Counted from the first letter of the stretch, positions 43,711 to 58,745 are shown. The stretch: 64,000 bases of DNA from Blastocystis sp. Blastoise (GCA_039096225.1 JBBPEB010000002.1:992001-1056000), one strand, 5' to 3'. Numbers and translations: made by a program. Notes: generated by a model from the sequence alone, not told the origin.

Positions 43711-44416
43711 ATTAAAACGAAAGAATTTTTATAAGAATTTCATATTATGGTTTATTATTGTTTTTAAAAGTCTCAAAAAAAAAGTGAAATTATTTATTAT
43801 ATTAAACAATATAAGGTCTCGTCATATTATGTTTTTAAAACAATGTTCTATCTTTTTATGTAGTTAGTTGTTGCATGATCTGTAAAATAATTTATAATTG
43901 CAATTTGTTTGCTAATACTTCATAAATAAACAATAAATATAATGGTTAAATCGTTTATTATCACAATATAAAAAGATATAGAAAAGAAAATTAAACAAAA
44001 TTTGTTTAGAATGATATTTTATTTTTTAAACAATAGCATTCTAAAAGCTGAAATAAATAAAGAATTTTGATATATATTAGATATCACACTTCGAATCAAA
44101 AAGTATATATAGTAGAAATTATTAAATTAAGAAGGACTAAAAATTTATTGAATTAATTATATTTAAAAGCATTTGAAACAAATTTTCTTTTGGTGTATAT
44201 AATATTTTACTTTCATTAGACGTATGTATAATATAATGAGTAATTCGATCATATATTTTTATAATATTGATACAATTAACAATTTGATCTACACTCAACA
44301 AACCTATTATGCTAAATAAAACATAAATAAAATGAAATTTGAGATAATTAATTCAAATTATTAATATAAAAATCTAAATTTTTCTCAACATTATTTTTCT
44401 TTATTCTATTTCTAAA

Positions 44417-47400
44417 ATGGGTACACGACTTTTTGATATTCCTGGTTTTCAACCAAAAAGGAATCGTAATGATTCTACTACTTATATACATATGTATACA
44501 TAGGTATCTCAATTGATGATGAACTTCCTACTATGACAAATGATTATGAGGATACATTACAATATTGTGAAGACTCATTTCAAGGTGATAACACTAGTTC
44601 TCAAGAAGAAGTATCAATAATGGATTCACTTTTAGATAATGTAGTGAATTGCGTATATATATATTATTTAAATATGTTTTATAATGGATATAATCATTAA
44701 TCCTATTTATAATAATGCATATATATTATTGTAGAATAAAATATTCAAAGAAGACGAAAATAAAACATCAACACTTGATGATTTTATATATATTTGTTGG
44801 TGTGAACTTAGGATAAGTAAAGAACACATAAAACAACTTTACGAGTTAGCAAATAATATAATCAAATTAGTAGCACCACAACATGAATTGCTATATATTC
44901 CGAAGAGTGGCCAAGACATAGTTCGAAAGTATTGTTCTTCCAATAATGAGATACCAATTCACAAAAATCTATATATTTGCAGAAACTGTACTAAGTTACT
45001 AGGATTTAATGGAGGAAGAAATCTATTAGAGCAGGAAAAGATACAATGTAGTAATGAAGAATGTGGACCAAATACAGGTATATATATATACATATAGTCA
45101 TTATATATATACTATCTTTATATATGTTTTTTGTATATTAATATTAGTATATAATACCATTATAGTATTCTTATTATAATTTTTTGATATATTGTTCGAT
45201 ATACAATTCAATTATCATTAGATATATCATTATTATATATATTATTTCAATAATTATTATTGTTAGTATATTATAGTAATATTATTTGAAACATTCTTTC
45301 TATTATTCTTAATCTAATATTTCAATATATTGTTTGCTATATAGGATTAACGTATTTCTTTATATTTATATAATATTCCAATTCATTATTTTATTATATT
45401 ATTCAATTTATTATTTTTAATATATTTATCCTTAATCCATATTATTTTTAGTATATATATATTATTATTGAATATATAAATTTGATATACTTCTTCATAT
45501 ATACTATTTTATTAGAATAGAATATAATTCTTATTATAGACAATAATATACACTATTTTTAAATATTAATAATTTGAATATTAGTATATGTAGAGTCTAT
45601 ATCATTCATTCTTATTATATTATATATATCTCAATTTCATTCTCAATATTTCCATTATTATTATTATTGTTTATACATAATATACATTATATTCAATATA
45701 ACTATTCAAATATATAGGAATTAAAACATCAATTATTCCTCTTATACCACGAATTCGTAAATTCCTATCTTCTAAGAAGTTTATAAATGAAATATCATAC
45801 TATTCTAAAGAACAAATAATTCAATATCTTTCTATGCCTGTAGAATCTTTGCCAAGCAAGTTACCAGCCTATATGTCAGGTAAGAATTATCGACAGTATA
45901 TGAGTAAGGTCATAAATAATGGGGATATATTTTTGACATTTGATATGACATGTGATGGAATAAGTGTTTTTACAAATCCATTATCACAGATTAATCAATC
46001 TTCTTTTCCTATTCTTCTCAAGTTATTGAATTATAATTATAATAGAATATCAGATAATCGTTCTTTCTGGGTTTATTCAGTAACAAAGGAATCATATTCT
46101 AATACCATTCTAACTTTATTAATAAAAGAATTTTCTATACTATCATCTGGAATAGAAATGGATATATATATAGATAATAGGATTATAAAGAAAAAAGTGG
46201 TTGGAGTATTACTAAATGTTTTTGGTGATTGTGCAGCAGTTTCTACTATTGGTGGTTTCTCTGGATCTTCATCTTCATTCCCATGCAGATATTGTGAGCT
46301 TAATTGGAATCGAAGTACATCAGAATTCCACCAAGGAATAAAATGTACATATCAAAGTATTGAAAATTATATTACTGTTGATACTAATAATAAAAGTATT
46401 AAGAGAATCTTGTATCCTTCATGTTCTCTAAATTCTTCTCAAGATAATAATGCATATAATACTAATCAACCCAATGACAGTAATAATAGTAGTATCCAAA
46501 TTCTTACAAAATCAATTCCTTCTAGTTATATATATAATGATGCTTTGACTAAAATATCTTATTTACAAAGAACAAATTCTTCTATATTGCTTAATAGATA
46601 CAGTAATGGAGAGAGTGGATCTACTAATGGAATAAAACAAGTTCCTAGTGTTTTTGAATCATTAACCTATTTCGATTCAGCTACAAGTTTTATTCTTGAC
46701 CCTATGCATTTGTTTAATAATGTTTGTACTCTTCTTTTATGTCTTCTGTTTCATTATAATGCAAAAGATAATTACTCAAAGATATCAAAAGAAGGAATAG
46801 ATCCTAGTGAATCATTAATTGAAAAACTATGTTTTGATAAAGAAAATATGTCTATTATTACTACTAGAGTATCTGCAGTAAATACATTATATAATAACCA
46901 TGAATATGAGTTTAGATATATCATGAATGAAAAGAAGTTCTGGAGGATGTCTTCACATTCCAGAATATTCTTTACCTCCTGTATCTTACCTCTTATTACT
47001 GCAGATTTCTATTACACAGATTCTCCTCTTGTTATACTAATAGATCCATTAGCAACAATCATTCGTCAGATATATTGTTTTAAAGGTAATTCTTCTCCTC
47101 AGAATCTGGAGGTATTTAAAAATCAATGTAATATAATATGTTTCCTTTTCGAGTTATTACTCCCAAAGGAGTTGATAAATACTCAGATTCATTATCTGAA
47201 GCATCTTCCAGAGACTATTATTAACGCTGGATCAATTATATATGCTTCCACATACGAATCAGAACGATTTTACTCTTATCTAAAAAGAATAACTTTTGGA
47301 AGAAAGCAATATAATGAATCCTGTATGAGATGCATTATTGAAAGAGAAATAGCAGATATACATATTAATAATAAAAATATTGATAGTAGTAATTCTAATC

Positions 47401-48261
47401 TAAGTTTAGAAGGAAATAAAGAAACATATGATGAAGTTGGGATTGAATTAAATGAGGATGAATCATTTCAGAATGAGTTAACTGAATGTTTCAAAGAAGT
47501 TCATACAAACAATGAACGTATTAAACTCATAAAAGGTATTAGAGGAATTGATTCTATTGATTTATCTCAATCAGATATAAAAGAAATAATAAAGCTTCTT
47601 CTGTTATCAAATGACAATCATATTAAAGAAGTATTATGGAAAGATATAAATTCTAGTAAAATAGCAAATATAAATAGTAGTATTAATGATCCTGATATAT
47701 ATCGAGTATTAGTTAATAATCTAAAAAATGTAGTAATAGCATTCTATTCTGAGATAATGATAAATGATTCTATAATATTTAATTCTTCTGATATAGATGA
47801 AGGAATAGAAACAATTGATAATTCTTATATAATGTATTTAACAAATGATAATGAGAAGAAAGATATAGTACACCTAATTAAGGCATTATATTATATCCAA
47901 ATAGGATCATCTATTCTGATAAAGAAACATGAATATCCTGAGTGTCATATTTCTTCAACAGGTTTGTATTATATTGTAGAAGATTCAAATAGAATTATAC
48001 CAAAGGACAATGAGTATTCATCTTTTATACCAGTAACATGTATTGAACCAGATAATCTTATTATTGTAGACGTTCATGATGATATTCATAAGAATATTGA
48101 TGATTCATATGAAGAAAAACAAGTATATTCATTTAATCTGTTTTTGTATCAGTTTATAATTATATATATAGGCCAAGAAGGTAAAACAGAAGAATAAAAA
48201 TGTAGTTAGTTCTGAAATCGTTGTTACAAATACAGTGTTTATGACACGCCATATTACCTAG
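44417..48261 (+). CDS. CACTA/EnSpm-type DDE transposase (outer element), spliced, apparently intact
   Basis: Start MGTRLFDIPGF; Zn-finger-like ICRNC...QCSNEEC. The 787-aa ORF contains [16 protein letters not shown]...FPCRYC, LDPMHLFNN and IHYLKHLPETI...[13 protein letters not shown]. The spliced end is TNTVFMTRHIT* at 48261. Confidence 0.9.
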
Positions 48262-49079
48262 ATATATCAATTTTATAAATAAATATAATCTTCTATATAT
48301 GAATATTATTAATTTTGTTTTTAATTTTATATTATATTGTGTTTGAATAATATATATTATTTTGATATTAATAAGTATATAAACATTAACGTTTTGTTAA
48401 AAGATATTTAATACAAAACTTAAAGTATGTAGATAACATCTTTTATTATATTAGATGATTGTATCATAGATCTATTTCTATTAATTACTTCATTTTAAAC
48501 ATAATATAAACATTAAGAAATATTTCTTAATTTATAAGAAATCTAAATAATATGAAGTATTCCATTACCAGAAAAAAATAAGATATCCGACAAAGATATA
48601 CAAAATATGAAATGTATATAGAATGTGTTCCGGAAGTAGAAAGAAAGGAAAAAGTTAGTAGAGTATATTTAATGACATATAAAGCTAGTAATACATTTGA
48701 GAATAATAATTTAAAATTAGGTATATTGAATAAAATAGTTATCATAATAAAGCTATATTGAGTACTAAATATATGCTAGTAAAGTTAAATTAAAGATAGA
48801 TATGTATCAATATTTTCTGTTTAAGGATATACCGAAATGTTTACTACAGGATAATAATCTATATTATAATCATGAAGATAAGAAGAATGATAACGAAGAG
48901 GATATTATGTGTCATCAATAAAATAATCATAAATAGCGGTTTTCTTGGAAATGATTTCACATTGAGAATGATATATTTAAAGATCTCTCAATGGTTCTCA
49001 TTATAATTTCGTTTATCATATGTATATTGACGATTATTATGATATTATTCAATATATCGTGTATTATTAGATTTATATT

Positions 49080-49700
49080 GTTATATAGAATCAGAAGAAG
49101 GTCTTATTCTTGTATCTTGTTGTGGTGAGTAATAGCCACTGTGATGGATGTATTCTTGTTGATAATGTATTCTATGCATAGGAGAAGGAATAGAAGCTCT
49201 ATAATTTATTTTTGTAAGTTTTACTGAAGGAGGAGGAATAGAAGGAGTTTTAGATTAACTTGAAGAAGTCATAGGAGTAAAAGTAATTAATAGTATAGAA
49301 AGAAGATGATTATTATCTTCTCTCAAATTTGATTTCAATGAGGATTGAAGACAATAATTTTTTTCTTTTCGATTCATTTTTAGTTTGTAGATATAGTTTT
49401 AGAATAATAATAAGTATCTATTTGTATTTCAGTATTAAGAGCTGTATAAATAATATTATAATAGGAGAATTATTTGAAGTATATCCAAAGATATCTGAAC
49501 ATCAATTTTTTTTGATTCTTTTTGTTTTTATATGTTTCTTTTTCATTTATGTTAAAACTTTTTATGAATAGAAGATTAACATTATTCGTTGCAATATTTA
49601 GATCTGTAGTAATTGCATGATTACTAGTATTATTATTATTATCATTGTTATCATAGTTAATTTTACACCAGCATCACTGAATACATTTGGAAGAAAATTA
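49080..49700 (-). pseudogene. Decayed coding-like fragments inside the outer element
   Basis: The minus strand reads SKTPSIPPPSVKLTKINYRASIPSPMHRIHYQQEYIHHSGYYSPQQDTRIRPSSDSI between stops. No complete gene is visible. Confidence 0.35.
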
Positions 49701-49934
49701 AATAAAGTTTTCCTAATAGCTATATCTATACTAATATATACATCTGTTCTTTATCACAAATATTTATAGAAGTATCATTAATATATATAGTATATTATCA
49801 GATTATTTAGAAGATTTATTATTATAAGAAATATCTTATTAATTAGTGATTTCAGCGGATTTATCTGTGTCATAATACTAGTTTATGTTTTTTAGATTTA
49901 TGTTATTTATCATTTTTATCTTCTTTTACTACGG

Positions 49935-52900
49935 TTATAATACTCTCATTGATATTAAATATAGATGGACTATCCCATAAGCATATATAGTATTAGATAT
50001 AAGATATATCAGTAGTAATAGTGATAGTAGTAACATAAGTAGTAGCAGTGTAGAGATAAATTCATTCGTCTTATTCATCACTTGAGTTTCTTCTATACTT
50101 ATATTTGTTGACTCTTTATTAATTTCATTATTATTAGTATAAATAGTATAAATAGTATTTTCTTCCACTTTTACTTCTTCCTCCTTTTTATCAGAAGCTT
50201 CTATTTCGTTATTATTATTATTATCATTTTCATCTTTATTATCATTTATATTATCTTTATCATTTATATTATCTTTATCATCTTCTTTTTCTTTTATATC
50301 CATTTTTTCTTCTTGACTAACATTATCTTTTTCTGATAAATTATTATTATCTATATTTATATTATTATTATTATAAAAAGAAAATGATAAAAAAGGTGTA
50401 GATAAATCATTATAAGAAAATTGTTTTGTACATATAGATGGATCTGGCAACATAGTTATATTAGGATTTGTTAATGATTCTATTAATTTATGTTTTAAAT
50501 CTTCTAAATCATTTTGATTACCAATATGTTGTTTTTGAAGATAATGTAAATGAACTAATGGTGTAGATATTAATAATAAATGAAATTTTGAAAATGGTTC
50601 TTTTGGATCAAAATAAATAGGAAATATATTATAAATAGCCCAAAGAAAAGAAGAAGCAGATATAGTATCACTATACAAAGAAATAAGATCATAATTATAA
50701 TAATCTGAAAGAGAAGTAATTAAATCAGAATCAACTAGAGGATAAGGAGTATTAATATAAGATTTTACATCAATATGAGGTAAATTATTACATATTTCTG
50801 GTATATTCATTATAGTAGAAGGAGAAGGTCCTGAAGTAAAATGAATTGAACTATATGCTAATTTAGATGCTATATAACGTTGAGCTCGAAAATACAATTG
50901 TTGAGCTAAATATTTATTTTTAAACGTAGATATTCTTTCTTGTATTTTTTCATCAATTATAGATTGAGGTACAGATAATGAAGTTATATATAATAGTATA
51001 GAATTTGCCTATAGAATAATATATTATTATTATATTTATTATATTTATTATATTTATTATATTTATTATATTTATTATTTAAAATAATAATAAAATATAA
51101 TTATCAATAGAATAATATTATAAAATAATTATTTAAAACAATAAATAATAATATTAATATTATATATATATATACCTTTAAAATAATTTGAGCCATTTCA
51201 TAAACACGACTATTTAATAAATTTTTAATAAATTCATCTTTTGATTTAAAATTATTTTCTTTTTCTAATACCATACTTCTATATCCTTGTATACTTTTAA
51301 TACATGTTCTTAATGTACTATCCATATCTTTTGTATCATTATCAGGTATAGTAAATGACACAGGTTGTTGATATATATAAGGTGATAATGGATAAGGTGA
51401 AGTAGTAGGTGATGTATATAGAGTAGTAGATATAGGTTGAGATATAGTTGGTGAATTATGATTTGCTAATATAGAAAGATATGGAGAATTTATTGGTTGA
51501 TCAAATAGATTTGTGGATATCATTGAAGTTTTTGAATTTAATGATATTCCATTCATAGTATTATTAGTATTACTATTAGTATCATTCATATTATTATTAG
51601 TATTAACATTACTATTATCAATATTAGTATTATTATTATTAGCATCAGTATTATAATTACTATTATTACTAATATCAGTATTACTAATAATAGTATTCAT
51701 TGGATAAGAAGAAGAAAGAGATGGTGTTGATAGAATAGATGTATTAGAATAAATATTATTTGTATTCATATTATTGTTATTTCTATTTATTATAGAATTT
51801 TGTATATAATTTGATGACACATTTATATTATTCATTGTATTCATATTGATATCTATAGTATTATTAGTATTAATCATATTAGTATTAATATTATTACTAT
51901 TATTATTATGTAAACAATTTTTACATATATAATTTTTATTATCAAAATTCTAATTTAAACATATCTTCAGAAGATAATTCAGTACATGATTTATGAACCC
52001 ATCTTTCACATTTTTCACATAAATACATATTTTGATCATTTTCATTCCATTCTTTATTACATATAGGACATATTTTAAATAATGGCTCATTTAAAGCACA
52101 ATTAGTACAATAATTACGTTTAATTGAATAAGAAAACGGTAGATTTTGTTGATGACATTGATTACAATGATAACATGTATAACAATACCATGTATCTTTA
52201 GGTAATTGTAATAATGGTGGATTTAAACATTTCATATGATATGTTTTCTTACAATAATCACAACTAATAATATCTTGATCTTCTAATAATATATTATTAT
52301 TATTAGTATTATTAGCATTATTAGTATTATTTATAGAATGATTAGAAGGTGAAGATAAAGGTGTTGAAGAAGAAGATTGTAATGATGATGATTTATAATG
52401 ATTTGATATTGATTTATTCATTTCTGAAGGATATATATGTATATTATTATTATTCACATTATTATTATTATTATTCACATTATGATTATTATCATTCATA
52501 TCTTCAATATTATGATTATTATTAATATTAGGTATAGTATTATTACTTTGTGTATGAATATTTAATCCACAATGTTCACAAATACAACAATATTTACATC
52601 TCCAAGTTGTTCTTAATAAATCATTAATAACAATACGGGGTACTAAACAATTAGCATGATAACATTCACCACAATCAATACAAAATAACATTTTATCTAT
52701 ATCACCTGTACTACCACATATTATACACATATCTCTACATAATATACTTTTATATTTATCTTGTATACTTACTTTAGTTATATCTAATGGTTCTATATAA
52801 GGTAATAATGTTTTAGGTGCTAATTTTCCTATTTCATCTTTTACTTTTTCTAATTGATGTTGACGTTCACTAGCTATATGTGAATTTGTTTGTGCAGTTA

Positions 52901-54716
52901 AAGATGCTGATGGACCATTTATTTGTTCTAAACGTTTATTTTGGATATTTATTATTTCTTTTTCATATATACCAGAAGTAATATTATGACATAATTGTAT
53001 AAATATTTGTTTTCCTTCTTTATAAAAATCATCAGTTGCATTCCAAATATTATCTTCAGGATTATTATATTTATAACTATTTAAACATATTAATTCAAAA
53101 TCATTATAAAATAATTGTATAGATGCATATTCTTTTTGTTTTATCTTTTCATTCATTATATCTAAACACATAGCATTTGATTTTGATATTACTTTATAAT
53201 AATCAGGTGCAAAATTCTCTTCAACTTGTTTTGTAAATAAATGTTTTATATCAATTCTTAATAATTCTTTATGTAAATCTATCATTTTCTTTCTTCTACA
53301 ACGACTACATAAATAATTATCATAAAAACTCTTTGAAGTTGTTATACTATTTTCTTTTTTACTATTACCAGTTCTTATAGATAAAGTATCATTTCCATCT
53401 TTATCTTCTATTTCTCTTTCTCCTTCTATTTCTCCTTCTATTATAGTATCTTCTTCTTCTTGCTGATGATGATGTCTATTTTCACGTTCTTTATTCATAT
53501 ATCTTCTTACACATTTACTTTCACATGATTCATGTATATACATACCACATTCTTGGCATAATAACATATCTTTTGTATTTATATATGTTTTACGACATAT
53601 ACTACAATAATGATTCGTATTATATAATAATAAACATTTATCACAACATATTATTTGCTTTTCATTTATTACTATATAATTCCATATATTATGTTTTGTT
53701 ATATATAAATTACATCCATTACAAACTCTACAACAAAAACAATAATATTTATGTTTTTCTTCATTATAATTATGTTTTGAATCAGGATCACATTCTAAAT
53801 GTATATATAAATTACATTTTGAACATTGTAATAATGGATTTGTTAATGTTGATATATTTGATAAACAACATATACAATAAGTAGAATCTTGAGGTAATAT
53901 TTTTATTAATTCTTGTGAATGATATTGAGTTAATGGAGAAGATGATGTTAATTAACTATATATATATAGTATATTGATAAATAATATAAAAAATTTAAAT
54001 CATATATATATAATGAGAACTAATTATATGAATAATAAAATAGTTTTAAAAAATAAATAAATATAAATTATAATCAAATAATAAAGAAAAATATTATTAA
54101 AAATATATATAATAAACTTAATATAATAAATAAATATCATAATATATATACTTATAAATAGTTTTCCATCGAATAACATCTCTATCATTTAATAAATACC
54201 AACCACTTTTTATTTCTTCTTTATAAAACTTGACATAATGTTTACCTGTATTTGCATTAAAGCACGTGAGATAACCTTTTTCCCAATCTCCAAATGGATA
54301 TTTATTTATATAAATATATATATAAATAGATGTATATAACCATTCTTTATTACTTCTGATTAATTTTTCAGATATACTACTAAATGGTTCTTGACTTTTC
54401 TGAATAATTTTAGGTACTAATTCTAATTCTTCATTTATATGTTCTGTATTTTCTACAGATAATGTATAATAAACAGATAAATGTTCACGTTTTGAAGTAA
54501 ATATAGTAACATTATTTATAGGAATTTGACATAATTTATTATCAATTAAATCATATATCTGTATAATATTCTGTTTATCAATATTTGTCATACTTTCATC
54601 TTTATTATATGTTCTTATTATTTGACCAATATGCCATATTTCTTTATAAGGAGTATTATTAGGAATATTCTCTATATTAGTAGTAGTAGTAGTAGTTGTT
54701 GTAATAATCATATCAC

Positions 54717-54750
<34 letters not shown>

Positions 54751-57700
54751 ATTATTATTAATATTATTATTATCAGCAATAACATTACTATTATTATTAT
54801 TATTAATAACATTATTATTATCAACAATAACATTACTATTATTATCAATAATATCATTATTATTATTAATATTACTATTATTACTATTTGAAACACTACA
54901 AACATTAGATTCCATGGAAACATGAGTAGTTGATAGAGAAGGCGATATAATCGCGGGAATAATGCTTTCTTGAGTAGATGTAGTGATTGAATCTTTGGTA
55001 TTAAATATATCTATATCTTTATTATTATCATAATCATTATTCTTATTCATATCATTATCATTCATATTAGAATTACAATGAATTTCATTATTTTTATTAA
55101 TTTCATCATATATACCAGAATCATGAATCGAGTCATCAAGTATTTTGTCATGAATATCAATATTTTCATTATTATTATCATTATTTCCTTTTTTATTTTC
55201 ATTATTATTATTTAAAATGCCTTCAATTGTTTTAAACCATACAATTCCACCATAAACATTACATTCTCTTCTTTCTAAACACATCCAATAACCTTCACCA
55301 TCTTCAAATAATACATAATATAATAATAAATCTTGTAAATAATATAATATACGTCCTCTTAATGATGTTTCTTGTATTGTATCATATATATTCATAGAAC
55401 AACCTATTAAATCTTTTCCTAATAATAATATTTCTCCATCTTGTACTAAACTATGTTGAATCATATCTTGAGTATATATATAAGAATATATAGAAGAATC
55501 TGATAATATTGATGATGTATATATAGTATTTGTATTTATAGGCATAGTTATAGTATCGGAAATTATATTTATATTATTATTAGTAGTAGAATTATTATTA
55601 TTATTATTTATATCTGATACTTTTGTATTATTAATAGATTCCATAGAAATAGCAGTAGGAGTTGAAATAGATCGAATAGAATCTGTAGAAACAGATATAT
55701 CTTTATTTATTGATAAATTTATATTATTATTATTATTAGTTGTATTATTATTATTAGAAACAGAAGGAATAGATGTATTTATATTCATATTACTATTATT
55801 ATTATTATTAGTTGTATTATTCGTGGCAATTGTTGAATTCGGACTATATATACTTCCTTTTCTTGATATAAATACATTAGTCTCTTTTTGATTCTCCAAC
55901 GATATAGAAATATTCAAATCATTTTTAAGATCTTTTGTATCTAATTCGTGTTTATCTGGGGTACGACAAGGAGATAACGTGATTAAGGGGGATTTTGGAG
56001 CACAAACACGTGATATATATGTAGGCAATACAGGCTTAATAGACACTTGTGTAGAAGTAGTAGTAGTAGTAGTATTATTATTATTATTTGATATTATATC
56101 TATTGATGAAAGATTATTATTATCAGATAAATCTTTATTATTATTAGAAAAATCTTTATTATTATCAGATAAATCTTTATTATTATTATCAGATAAATCT
56201 TTATTATTATCAGATAAATCTTTATTGTTATTATTAGTTTCTACAGGAAGAGTATGTTTTTCAGAATTAGAATCCAATTCAGTTTGTTTCTCAATTTTAT
56301 TATTATCATTATTAATATTATCATTATTATTATTAGAATTAGATGTCTCTTCATGAATATCAATATCTACAGAATCTATACCATTCACTAAATTATGATT
56401 ATTAGATAAATCTTTATTATTATGATTATCTATGGACATTGAATGTATTAATTCTGATAAATTAGGTGATCTATTATTATTATTATTATTCTCTATATCA
56501 TCATGTATATAAATAGAGTTTTTATTATATTTCTTAAGAATATATCGACAAACAGGACATAACCATGTTTTCATATTAGTAGCTGTTACACATCCCTCAC
56601 CATTCTTCCAATGATATAAAGATACTAAAGGTGATTGAGAAGACATAATATAATGATTTATACATCCATAATGATAAGTCATAGTACAACGAGTACAAGT
56701 AATAATAAGATGATCTTGATCTATAGAAGGAGATGAAGAAGGAGAAGAAAAAGAATTCGACAAAGATTCTTTTGAATTCTTTATAGAATTCTTTATAGAA
56801 TTCTTCATTGAATTCTTCATTGAATTCTTTACAGAATTCTTTACTGAATTCTTTACTGAATTCTTTACTGAATTCTTTACTGAGTTTTGATCTTCTTCAT
56901 CTGTTGTAATATTCATATCTATATCTATATCTATATCTATATCTGTTTCTTCTTCATGATTATGATTTGATTTATATAATTCTTTTTCATTTTGATCTTT
57001 ATATTTATATTCTTTTAAACATAATGCACATTCTTCTATATATGTATTATTTAATATACATGTTCTTGGAGGTGGATTAATATAAGGTAATTGTTTTCGT
57101 TCTTCTTTTTCTATATCCATTTCAGATTCATGATCATTCTTTGTATCATTTAATATACCTGATTTATCAATAAATTTATCATTAGGAATATGTTTAGAAG
57201 CATTAGTATTATTATTATTATTATTACTAGTAGTAGTAGTAGATTTATCATTAGCATGATTATTTGATGAATTATTTCCACGGGAATTTGTTGATACTGT
57301 ATCTGTTGGTGAGTTTTGATTATTATTATTTGAATTATTATTATTATTATTCTTATTATTACCATTAGTATTATTATTATTAGTTTCATTTGATAAATCC
57401 ATAGAATGATATTCTTCAAATAATCGTGAATTTTTATGAGTAGATCCTTCTAAATCTAATAATGTTTTACCATCTATAGAAGATAATGGTTTATTAATAT
57501 GAATAGAATTATTCTTTATAGAATTATTTATAGTAGAACTCTTTATACTATCTTCTTTAGATTTACTTACAGAAGAATAATCACTTTTAATACTTGATTT
57601 TCTCTTTAAAGATTCTTTAGAAATACTATTCCTTCTGTGTTTCACATAATCATCAGAACTATCATCATCATTATTACGACGTTTATTCTTTTTTAATTTC

Positions 57701-58600
57701 ATATTTATACCTTTACGTTTATATTTATCTAAATCATTTCCATCTATATTATAAGTAGGATCATAATTATGACGTGAAATAGAATGATAATTTTCTTTTT
57801 TATCATTTTTATCATTATCAATTTCAAATGTTTCATCATTTTCATTTTCACTTTGATTATCACTATCATCATAATGATAGAATGAACCTCTTCCTCTTCC
57901 TCTTCCTCTACCTCTTCCTCTTCCATGTGATCGTAATTTACCACGACCACGGCCACGGCCACGAATAATAGGATTTGATACTCTATCGGTATCTGTTATT
58001 ATACTTGTAGTATCATCATCATTATCATTATCTTCTTTTTCTTCTTCTTCTTCTCTTTCTTTTATTTCTTCTTCTTCTTCATCATCATCTTCTTCTTTTC
58101 TTTCTTCTTTTGTGTCTTTTTCTTTATGTTTTTCTTCTTTTTGTTCTTTTTGCTTTTTTTCTTCTTGTATACTATCTTCTTTTCTTTCTTTTTCCTCTTC
58201 TTGTATAGTATTTATATTTGAATAATCAATACTATGATTTCTATTATTCATATAACTCATATCATTTATACTATCTTTAGAAGAATCACGAATAGTATTA
58301 CCTTTAACAGAAGAATTATTCTTATTATTTGATATATCTTTTGAATTATTTATATTTTTATCTTGAGATGAAGAAGATGAAGAATTAGAAATATTTGATT
58401 CTTTACGATGTTTATTTGAATGTATATTATTATTATTTATAGAAATAGAATTATCTTTAAGAGAGAGATTCGATTCATCTGTTTCTTTATTATTTTTATC
58501 TTTATTCATATTACTTATATTTGATCTATTTATATCAATCTTATTTATCTTCTTAGAGTTTATATGTTGATTATTTAGTCTAGAACTATCTCTTTTAGAT
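49935..58600 (-). CDS. Captured trithorax/KMT2C(MLL3)-like chromatin reader: multiple PHD fingers, bromodomain and Tudor/PWWP-like segments; no SET domain; one frameshift
   Basis: The PHD trio CIICGSTG...CIDCGECYHANC...WRCKYCCICEHC, CDYCKKTYHMKCLNPPL..LPKDTWYC and CPICNKEW...CEKCERWVHKSC resembles KMT2C PHD4-6. A bromodomain is present (LFTKQVEENFAPDYYKVI...MCL..MNEKI...Y...FYNDFELICLNSYKYN). Further PHD fingers lie at 53300-53890 and 56540-57040. Approximate exons: 58600-54160, 53955-51177 and 51008-49935. Confidence 0.85.
56110..56230 (-). repeat. Coding tandem repeat (N)NNKDLSD, about 5 copies
   Basis: Repeats of ATCAGATAAATCTTTATTATT on the + strand. Confidence 0.85.
56765..56885 (-). 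repeat. Coding 12-bp tandem repeat KNS[V/M/I], about 9 copies, inside a split PHD finger
   Basis: GAATTCTTTACT, GAATTCTTCATT and GAATTCTTTATA units; peptide NSVKNSVKNSVKNSVKNSVKNSMKNSMKNSIKNSIK. Confidence 0.9.
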
Positions 58601-58693
58601 CTATATATAAAATATTTTTAGAAAATAAAAAAATTATTAATAATTATAGGGTAATTTATTAATTTTTTTAAGAATACCCGTAATAAATAATCA

Positions 58694-58745
<52 letters not shown>

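Noticed and set aside
49137-50050. CACTG at 49137 and CAGTG at 50046 as a third nested mini-element
   Set aside because: There is no inverted match beyond the pentamer, and the flanks differ (AGC versus TAG).
56765-56885. Regular GAATTC-containing repeats as a CRISPR-like array
   Set aside because: They are 12-bp head-to-tail coding repeats with no spacers, in a eukaryotic gene.
54622-57962. Short overlapping ORFs within the PHD gene
   Set aside because: They are shadow frames of Asn-rich and Glu-rich low-complexity sequence.
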